Shown here piece after piece: positions 57,840 to 64,000 of a stretch of DNA of 64,000 nucleotides; the first letter of the stretch is position 1; each line of letters begins with the position of its first letter. Made by a program: the position numbers and the translations under genes. Under the pieces are notes generated by a model, which was not told the origin of the DNA, did not search any database, and worked only from the letters and a program-made list of their open reading frames with translations. The stretch lies in contig VFZE01000018.1 of assembly GCA_016871315.1 (NCBI GenBank), positions 35,699 through 99,698 of the forward strand, in the 5' to 3' direction. This DNA is from Acidimicrobiia bacterium. GTDB lineage: Bacteria; Acidobacteriota; Terriglobia; Bryobacterales; Bryobacteraceae.

Positions 57840-58919
57840 TCACTCGGCGAATTCGGCTTCCTCTTCCTGGCCCTCGGTCATGCCCTCGAGATCTTCATCT
57901 CCTTCCATGCCCTCTTCAGCCTCGAACGCGACGGGGGCTCCGGAGGGGGAGATGAGGCGGCCCTGCGCGTCAAAGCGCATGCCGAAGCTGAGGTTGAGGT
58001 TGCCGAGGATTTCCTTGATCTCGTTGAGCGACTTGCGGCCGAAGTTCTTGGTGCGCAGCATTTCGGCTTCGGTCTTCTGCACCAGGTCGCCGATCGTTTG
58101 AATGTTGGCGTTCTTGAGGCAGTTGTAGGAGCGGACGCTCAGCTCCATCTCCTCGACCGAGCGGTTGAGCACCTCGTTCATCTGGTTGATGGCGCGGTCT
58201 GCCGGCTCTTCGACCATTTCCGCCACTTCTTCAAAGTTGATGAAGATGGTCATGTGATCCTTGAGAAGCTTGGCGGCCTGGCCGATGGCATCCTGCGGGC
58301 TGATGGCGCCGTTGGTCCACACCTCGATGGTGAGCTTGTCGAAGTCGGTCATCTGGCCCAGGCGCGCGGCTTCGACGGCAAAGTTGACCTTGCGCACGGG
58401 GGAGTGAACCGAATCGATGGCGATGTAGCCGGTGGGCAGGTCTTCATCGAAGTTGCGGTCCTGGCTGACATAGCCGCGGCCCTGTTTGAGGCGCATTTCG
58501 ATGCTGAGCTTACCGCCTTCGCCGATGGTGGCGATGTGCATGTGGCGGTCGAGTACTTCCACGTCGTGGCCGCACTCGATCTGGCCGCTGAGCACCTCGC
58601 CGGTGGAGTCTGCAACCAGGCGCACGGTGTGCTCACCCTCTCCACTCATCTTGAAGGGCACCTGCTTGAGGTTGAGGATGATGTCGGTGGCATCCTCGAC
58701 GACGCCCGGGATGGGGCTGAACTCGTGCGAGACGCCCTCGATGCGGACGGCCGTGATCGCGGCGCCCTCGATGGAGCTGAGCAGGACACGGCGGAGGCCG
58801 TTGCCGATGGTGGTGCCGAAGCCGCGCTCAAACGGCTGGGCCCAGAACATGCCGTAGCGTTCGGTGAGCGATTCGGTATTGGCAACCAGACGTTTGGGTC
58901 GTTGAAAACCTTTAAACAT
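57840..58919 (-). CDS. rpoA: DNA-directed RNA polymerase subunit alpha (with acidic C-terminal tail)
   Basis: Canonical alpha NTD ([17 protein letters not shown]) and alpha CTD ([23 protein letters not shown]), plus an acidic extension of about 25 aa. Confidence 0.95.
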   Translation of the reverse strand: MFKGFQRPKRLVANTESLTERYGMFWAQPFERGFGTTIGNGLRRVLLSSIEGAAITAVRIEGVSHEFSPIPGVVEDATDIILNLKQVPFKMSGEGEHTVRLVADSTGEVLSGQIECGHDVEVLDRHMHIATIGEGGKLSIEMRLKQGRGYVSQDRNFDEDLPTGYIAIDSVHSPVRKVNFAVEAARLGQMTDFDKLTIEVWTNGAISPQDAIGQAAKLLKDHMTIFINFEEVAEMVEEPADRAINQMNEVLNRSVEEMELSVRSYNCLKNANIQTIGDLVQKTEAEMLRTKNFGRKSLNEIKEILGNLNLSFGMRFDAQGRLISPSGAPVAFEAEEGMEGDEDLEGMTEGQEEEAEFAE

Positions 58920-58974
58920 AGAAAATCGTGACTCCTCTCTAGGCCGCGCAACTCAGGCCGCGGCCGAAAAACGC

Positions 58975-59607
58975 CTACTTGGAATAAAGTTCCACAATCA
59001 TCTGCTCGTTGATCTGGATTTGCACCAGCTCTTCGCGCTTGGGCATGCCGATGACGCGGCCCTTGAGATTCTCGCGGTCCACCTCAAGCCAGTTCGGGAC
59101 GGGCTGATGCGCGGTGGCGTCGCGCGAGGAGAGAATGGCCGTGTTGTTGCGGCTCTTCTCACGAACCTCGACGGTGTCGCCCTGCTTGACGGTGAACGAG
59201 GGGATGTTGACCTTGCGGCCGTTGACTTGAATATGGCCGTGGCGGACGATCTGACGGCTCTGGGCGCGCGAGGTGCCGAAGCCCATGCGGTAGACGACGT
59301 TATCGAGGCGGCGTTCGAGCAGACCCATCATGTGGTCGCCGGTGACGCCTTTCATGCGCGCGGCCTTTTCAAAGAGGTTGCGGAACTGGCCTTCCAGCAT
59401 GCCGTAGATGCGGCGAACCTTCTGCTTTTCCCGCAGCTGCAGGCCGTAGCCTTGAATCTTCGGCTTGCGCGCCTTGCCGTGCTGTCCGGGCGGGAAGTTG
59501 CGCTTTTCAATGGCGCACTTTTCGCTATGGCAGCGCTCCCCTTTCAGAAACAGCTTCATCGCTTCCCGGCGGCAGAGCCGGCAAACGGCATCTTTATATC
59601 GAGCCAC
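58975..59607 (-). CDS. rpsD: 30S ribosomal protein S4
   Basis: [26 protein letters not shown]... is the canonical zinc-ribbon type S4. Confidence 0.95.
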   Translation of the reverse strand: MARYKDAVCRLCRREAMKLFLKGERCHSEKCAIEKRNFPPGQHGKARKPKIQGYGLQLREKQKVRRIYGMLEGQFRNLFEKAARMKGVTGDHMMGLLERRLDNVVYRMGFGTSRAQSRQIVRHGHIQVNGRKVNIPSFTVKQGDTVEVREKSRNNTAILSSRDATAHQPVPNWLEVDRENLKGRVIGMPKREELVQIQINEQMIVELYSK

Positions 59608-59719
59608 AGTGTTTCAGTCTCCTTACCTGTACTTCCACTTCTTCCTGTGCAGGTGCAGTTTACAAGCCCTTATGCGCGATGGCGGCTCTTCTTCCTGCTT
59701 CCATCCAATGCAGCGCTTC

Positions 59720-60133
59720 TTAGACGCGCCGTTTCTTGGGTGGCCGGCACCCGTTGTGCGGGATCGGTGTGGCGTCCTTGATATGACGGACGTCGATCCC
59801 GGCGGTAGCCAGCGCGCGGACGGCCGATTCACGGCCGGAGCCCGGGCCACTGACAAAAACATCCACGTTGCGAACTCCCGATTCCTTGGCCTTGTTGGCG
59901 GCGGTCAAGGCCGCCTGCTGCGCGGCGAAGGGCGTTCCTTTGCGCGAGCCTCGGAAGCCAAGCGAACCCGAGCTGGACCAGGCCAGCACATTGCCGGAGC
60001 GGTCCGTAAAAGTGACGATCGTGTTGTTGAACGAAGCCTGGACATACACGATGCCGGAAGGAATATTCTTTTTTTCCTTCTTTTTGAAGCTCTTCTTTTT
60101 TCCGGCCTTGCCTGCTGCTTTCGCTTTCGCCAT
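59720..60133 (-). CDS. rpsK: 30S ribosomal protein S11
   Basis: [18 protein letters not shown]...[14 protein letters not shown]...[20 protein letters not shown]. Confidence 0.95.
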   Translation of the reverse strand: MAKAKAAGKAGKKKSFKKKEKKNIPSGIVYVQASFNNTIVTFTDRSGNVLAWSSSGSLGFRGSRKGTPFAAQQAALTAANKAKESGVRNVDVFVSGPGSGRESAVRALATAGIDVRHIKDATPIPHNGCRPPKKRRV

Positions 60134-60153
60134 GAGTTTCCTTCCGCCTTACC

Positions 60154-60537
60154 TTATGCCTTGCCGACCTTCTTCTTGTTGGCCACGGTGCCGCGGCGCG
60201 GGCCCTTGCGGGTGCGCGCGTTGGTGTGGGTGCGCTGACCGCGAACCGGCAGGCCGCGGCGGTGGCGCAGGCCGCGGTAGGAGCCCATTTCGATCAGGCG
60301 CTTCACGTTCAGCGAGAACTCCTTGCGGAGGTCGCCTTCCACGGCGCCTTCATCTTCGATGATCTGACGGAGTTTACTGACCTGATCCTCGGTAAGGTCG
60401 GCGACCTTGGTGCTGAAATCGATGTTGGCGCGGAACAGGATCGACCGCGACCTGGTCCTTCCGATGCCGTAAATATAGGTGAGGCCGACTTCGGCTCTCT
60501 TCTTCGGCGGTAAATCCACACCAGCGATGCGCGCCAT
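60154..60537 (-). CDS. rpsM: 30S ribosomal protein S13
   Basis: [26 protein letters not shown]...[26 protein letters not shown]. Confidence 0.95.
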   Translation of the reverse strand: MARIAGVDLPPKKRAEVGLTYIYGIGRTRSRSILFRANIDFSTKVADLTEDQVSKLRQIIEDEGAVEGDLRKEFSLNVKRLIEMGSYRGLRHRRGLPVRGQRTHTNARTRKGPRRGTVANKKKVGKA

Positions 60538-60546
60538 AATTCTCTC

Positions 60547-60660
60547 CTAGCCCTGCCTCTGCTTATGCTTGGGGTTGACGCAAATGACCCGCACCACGCC
60601 GTGGCGCTGGATCAATTTGCACTTTTCACAGATTCGCTTCACGCTTGCTCGAACCTTCAT
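60547..60660 (-). CDS. rpmJ: 50S ribosomal protein L36 (37 aa, below the ORF-track cutoff)
   Basis: Hand translation gives [37 protein letters not shown]. The ATG overlaps the infA stop (ATGA). Confidence 0.9.
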   Translation of the reverse strand: MKVRASVKRICEKCKLIQRHGVVRVICVNPKHKQRQG

Positions 60661-60875
60661 AATTCTCTTTCCTCACACTGTCTTCCCGGGGCTGTTCTCA
60701 GCACCCTGCCGCGCGACGAATCACGCGGCGATAAAGCCACCTCGACACGATCTCCCGGCCGCAGGCGAACAAAGTTCACCTGGCTGGCGGCAGCCGCATG
60801 CGCCAGCACGCGCCGGCAATCGGGCAGCTCGACGCGAACCTTGCCGCTTTCCAGCAGCTCAACGACGGTGCCCAT
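60657..60875 (-). CDS. infA: translation initiation factor IF-1 (divergent S1-fold, 72 aa)
   Basis: Sits in the conserved slot between map and rpm[26 protein letters not shown]......[24 protein letters not shown] follows the IF-1 OB-fold pattern. Start set at M17 of the ORF, overlapping the map stop by 1 nt. Confidence 0.7.
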   Translation of the reverse strand: MGTVVELLESGKVRVELPDCRRVLAHAAAASQVNFVRLRPGDRVEVALSPRDSSRGRVLRTAPGRQCEEREL

Positions 60876-61663
60876 CACGGTCTGGTCAGCACCCATGGCC
60901 CATCGGCTGTGATCGCCACGCAATGCTCAAAATGCGCCGACCAGGATCCATCCTTACTGCAAGCGGTCCACCGGTCGGCCTTGTTATGGCTTTCCGGCGA
61001 GCCGGCATTCACCATCGGCTCAAGCGCCAGGACCATGCCTTCCTTGAGCCGCGGATTCTCGTTCTTGCGGTCCACGTAGTTGGGCACCTGCGGCTCCTCA
61101 TGGAGCTGAGAGCCGATGCCGTGGCCGACAAACTCACGCACAATGCCGAAACCGTTGGCGGTGACGTGGCGCTCGACGGCGCCGCAGATATCGAACAACC
61201 GGTTGCCGGCGCGGGTCTGATCAATAGCCAGTTCCAGCGCCTCCTTGGTGACGTCGAGCAGGCGCCGGATCTGGGGGGCCACTTCACCCACCGGGATGGT
61301 AATGGCCGAGTCGCCGTACCAGCCGTTCAGCTCGACGCCGGTGTCAACCGAAACAATGTCGCCGGTCTTTAAAACTCTCTTTGCCGAAGGCGGCCCGTGC
61401 ACGATCTCGTCATTCACCGAGGTGCACAGCACGTATTTGTATCGCTGGCCCACCGCCGGCACGTAATAATTCTTGAAGGCCGGCCGGGCACCCGCGTCGC
61501 GCATCATGCGCTCGGCTTCCACTTCCAGATCCATGGTGGTGACGCCGTCGGCGACCATGGACTCCACGCGCTTGAGAATGCTGTAGACAAGCATGCCCGC
61601 CGCGCGCATTTTTTCCAGCTCGGCAGGTGTCTTGCGGATGATTCTTCGCGTATGCTCTAGCAA
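60875..61663 (-). CDS. map: type I methionine aminopeptidase
   Basis: KTPAELEKMRAAG..., metal-ligand motifs VSVDTG, FVGHGIG, LEPM and EH. Confidence 0.95.
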   Translation of the reverse strand: MLEHTRRIIRKTPAELEKMRAAGMLVYSILKRVESMVADGVTTMDLEVEAERMMRDAGARPAFKNYYVPAVGQRYKYVLCTSVNDEIVHGPPSAKRVLKTGDIVSVDTGVELNGWYGDSAITIPVGEVAPQIRRLLDVTKEALELAIDQTRAGNRLFDICGAVERHVTANGFGIVREFVGHGIGSQLHEEPQVPNYVDRKNENPRLKEGMVLALEPMVNAGSPESHNKADRWTACSKDGSWSAHFEHCVAITADGPWVLTRP

Positions 61664-61726
61664 AGTAGAAGTCGCTTCAGCGGGCGGAGTCGGTTAACTT
61701 ATTATATCTCAACCGGCTGCCCTGTT

Positions 61727-63127
61727 CTAAAAGACCGCCCGGCGGCCACGGATGCGGCCCGAACGCGGCGTAAACCCTTCGTAGTGGCGCATAATCAGCT
61801 GCGCCTCCACCTGATTGACGGTGTCCATTGCCACACCCACGACGATGAGCAACGAAGTTCCGCCGAAATAGAAACTCACGCCGAGGCCGTCGAGCAGCCA
61901 GCGTGGAAAATTGGAATCGATCCAGTTGCCCATCAGCGGCAATCGCTGGAGCTTGATGCCTGAGATCATCACTTCGGGGATGATGCTGAGCAGGGCAAGG
62001 TAGAGCCCGCCGACCATGGTGATGCGCGTGAGGATCTTGTTCATGTAGTCGGCGGTATTGCGGCCCGGGCGGATGCCAGGGATGAAGCCGCCGTACTTGC
62101 GCATATTGTCCGCCGCTTCATTCGGATTGAAGATGATCGAGACGTAGAAGAAACAGAAGAAGATGATGCCGACGGTATAGATAAGAAAGTAGAGCGGCAT
62201 GGAGTGCGAGATGGACTCGAGCATGGGCCTGAGCCAGGAGCTGTTGCGGATACCCTCAAACTGCATGAAGCTCTGCGGGATGGCGAGCAGCGAGGAGGCG
62301 AAGATCACCGGGATGACGCCGCCGGCATTGACCTTCAGTGGCAGGTGAGTGGACTGGCCACCCATCATCTTCCGGCCGACGACACGCTTGGCGTACTGAA
62401 CGGGGATGCGCCGCTCGCCGCGTTCCACCAGCACAATGAAACCGACCACGGCGATCATGACCGAGAGGATGATGATCATCTGGAAGGGATCCCATTGCCG
62501 GGTGACCATGACGTTGGTGTAGATTTCCACCATCGCCTCGGGCAAGCCGATGACGATACCGGCGAAGATGATCAGCGACATGCCGTTGCCGATGCCGCGT
62601 TCCGAGATCTGCTCGCCGAGCCACATGATGAAGGCCGTTCCGGTGGTGAGCGAGATGATGGTCATCAAGATAAAGCCGATGCCGGGGTTGAGCACAAAGC
62701 CGCTGTCGGCGGTTTGGAGCGCCGTGGCGATACCGAACGACTGGACTATGGCTAGGATGACGGTTAGGTAGCGCGTCCACTGGGTGATCTTGCGGCGGCC
62801 GAGCTCGCCTTCTTTCTGGAGCTTTTCCAGTGCGGGCACGACGACGGTCATCAACTGCAAGATGATCGATGCCGTGATGTAAGGCATGATGCCGAGGGCA
62901 AAGACCGTGAGCCGGCTCAGCATGCCGCCGCTGAACAGATCGATGAAGCCGAAGAAGGTGTTCTGGTTCTCCTGGAAGAAGGCCTGGAGACGGGCGGCGT
63001 TGACGCCCGGCGTGGGGATCTGTGCCCCGAGGCGGTAGACCGCCAGCAAACCTAGGGTGAACAGAACCCGCTTGCGCAGGTCGGGAATCTTGAAGATATT
63101 GACGAAGGCTTCCAGGAACTTATTCAT
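61727..63127 (-). CDS. secY: preprotein translocase subunit SecY
   Basis: Ten TM segments. LGIMPYITASIILQL and GGVIPVIFASSLL are canonical SecY motifs. Confidence 0.95.
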   Translation of the reverse strand: MNKFLEAFVNIFKIPDLRKRVLFTLGLLAVYRLGAQIPTPGVNAARLQAFFQENQNTFFGFIDLFSGGMLSRLTVFALGIMPYITASIILQLMTVVVPALEKLQKEGELGRRKITQWTRYLTVILAIVQSFGIATALQTADSGFVLNPGIGFILMTIISLTTGTAFIMWLGEQISERGIGNGMSLIIFAGIVIGLPEAMVEIYTNVMVTRQWDPFQMIIILSVMIAVVGFIVLVERGERRIPVQYAKRVVGRKMMGGQSTHLPLKVNAGGVIPVIFASSLLAIPQSFMQFEGIRNSSWLRPMLESISHSMPLYFLIYTVGIIFFCFFYVSIIFNPNEAADNMRKYGGFIPGIRPGRNTADYMNKILTRITMVGGLYLALLSIIPEVMISGIKLQRLPLMGNWIDSNFPRWLLDGLGVSFYFGGTSLLIVVGVAMDTVNQVEAQLIMRHYEGFTPRSGRIRGRRAVF

Positions 63128-63145
63128 CGGCTTACAACTCCGTCA

Positions 63146-63604
63146 TTACTTGGAAGGAGCGACCTTTTCGATCTTCTCCACCTTGCCGCCCGCGGCGGCG
63201 ATTTTCTTTTCCGCTTCGGGCGAGAAAAAGTGCGCCTTGACGGTGATCTTGCGCTTCAGCTCTCCGCCGGCGAGAATTTTCAGGCCGTCGTGGAGCTTCT
63301 TGAGCACTCCGGACTCGACCAGCGATTCCGGCGAGAAGCTGTTGCCTTCGAGCTTCTCCAGCCGGCCGACGTTCAAAATCGCGTAGCGCTTCTTGAAAAT
63401 GTTGGTGAATCCGCGTTTGGGCAGACGGCGGTGGAGCGGCATCTGGCCGCCTTCAAAGCCGCGCATCTTGCTGTAACCGGAAATGGAGCGTGCGCCCTTG
63501 TGACCACGGCCGCTGGTCTTGCCGCGGCCGGAGCCCATACCGCGGCCGATGCGGCGTTTGTTCTTCTGCTGCCCGGCGGGCGGTTTCAGGTTACTGAGGT
63601 TCAT
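63146..63604 (-). CDS. rplO: 50S ribosomal protein L15
   Basis: LKPPAGQQKNKRRIGRGMGSGRGKTSGRGHKG... Confidence 0.95.
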   Translation of the reverse strand: MNLSNLKPPAGQQKNKRRIGRGMGSGRGKTSGRGHKGARSISGYSKMRGFEGGQMPLHRRLPKRGFTNIFKKRYAILNVGRLEKLEGNSFSPESLVESGVLKKLHDGLKILAGGELKRKITVKAHFFSPEAEKKIAAAGGKVEKIEKVAPSK

Positions 63605-63633
63605 TGGCTAGATCCTTTCCTTGCCGTTGGGCA

Positions 63634-63828
63634 TTAGTCGACGATGGCCAGCAGGTGGGGCACTTTGGCGACCATGCCGCGGAATCCCGGCGTATCGGGC
63701 CGCTCTACCACCTGGTTCATCTTCTTCAGCCCGAGCGAACGGACGATTTTCTTCTGCTTTTCCTGGCGGCCGATGGGGCTGCCAACCAGTTTGATTTTGA
63801 TCATTGCTGCCTGAGCCATAATGGGCAA
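63634..63828 (-). CDS. rpmD: 50S ribosomal protein L30
   Basis: IKIKLVGSPIGRQEKQKKIVRSLGLKKMNQVVERPDTPGFRGMVAKV. The start may be one of the internal Met codons (63819 or 63804). Confidence 0.9.
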   Translation of the reverse strand: MPIMAQAAMIKIKLVGSPIGRQEKQKKIVRSLGLKKMNQVVERPDTPGFRGMVAKVPHLLAIVD

Positions 63829-63836
63829 ACTCCGTC

Positions 63837-64000
63837 CTAGCCGCGCAGCTTCTCCACGGGAACCCCGCGAAGCTCGCTGACTTCATTGCGGTCGCGCAAC
63901 TGTTCCAGCGCGTCGATGGTGGCGCGGATCACGTTGTGGGGATTGTGCGAACCGATGGATTTGGTCAAAACGTTGGGAACGCCCGCGGCCTGCATGACGG
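63837..64000 (-). CDS. rpsE: 30S ribosomal protein S5, C-terminal fragment (continues beyond the window)
   Basis: Hand translation gives ...[52 protein letters not shown]. Confidence 0.85.
   Translation of the reverse strand, partial: VMQAAGVPNVLTKSIGSHNPHNVIRATIDALEQLRDRNEVSELRGVPVEKLRG

Noticed and set aside
57286-58931. Plus-strand ORFs of 271 aa and 365 aa over rplQ and rpoA
   Set aside because: They are antisense to canonical ribosomal and RNA polymerase genes. No motifs were recognised, so I treat them as a high-GC artefact.
61664-61726. Absence of adk between secY and map in the spc operon
   Set aside because: Only 63 nt separate secY and map, so adk is truly not here. However, adk is located elsewhere in many bacterial lineages, so this is not unusual in itself.

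Overview
High-GC bacterial chromosome segment. By eye most genes are about 60-65 % GC, but nothing was computed. Gene content fits best with Acidobacteriota of the Solibacter/Bryobacter type: many secreted peptidases, an S8 protease ending in a Solibacter-type C-terminal domain, and many Tat/Sec-signal enzymes.

I support about 60 protein-coding genes.
- 1-4.3 kb: a DUF885 gene end, a GT2 gene, lepB, two small nucleotidyltransferase-fold modules and a xylose-isomerase-family gene.
- 4.5-20.5 kb: a block rich in secreted peptidases (M20, M55, two S8, M28, an alpha/beta hydrolase), interrupted by an RRM protein, a PIN/TRAM protein, ispD-ispF and a haem-c/copper-monooxygenase-like protein.
- 20.4-22.1 kb: a visibly AT-richer single gene, an ABC-type ATPase with a Toprim/DUF4435-like tail.
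- 22.2-33.2 kb: cysD-cysN, a 1294-aa hybrid sensor kinase, a LacI regulator, rmuC and a Tat-signal enolase-superfamily dehydratase.
- 33.3-36.3 kb: late flagellar genes flgM, a flgN-like gene, flgK and flgL.
- 36.3-40.9 kb: a translationally coupled four-gene phosphorelay ending in a receiver-TadZ/CpaE-like ATPase.
- 41-57 kb: a CoA-transferase, an HNH-like gene, a BNR/sortilin-like protein, a triple-repeat secreted protein, an S15 peptidase, a phosphoesterase, ThuA and UxuA-like genes, a radical SAM protein, an RlmI-like gene, htpX and hsp20.
- 57.3-64 kb: the distal spc/alpha ribosomal operon on the minus strand, in order rpsE, rpmD, rplO, secY, map, infA, rpmJ, rpsM, rpsK, rpsD, rpoA, rplQ.

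I saw no rRNA, tRNA, CRISPR array, transposase or integrase.

Most interesting candidates:
- The isolated OLD/PARIS-like ATPase-nuclease fusion.
- The phosphorelay whose only non-kinase output is a ParA/MinD-type ATPase.
- The haem-c plus PHM/DBH-like copper monooxygenase fusion.
- CysN carrying a P-loop-less APS-kinase-like tail.
- The tandem nucleotidyltransferase modules.
- Three small gene relics lying in apparently intergenic DNA.

Coordinates taken from the ORF track, or derived from it by codon arithmetic, are reliable. Coordinates of hand-counted small features (promoters, hairpins, sub-60-aa ORFs, relics) may be off by 1-2 nt. All family assignments come from motif recognition by eye. 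No database search was run.
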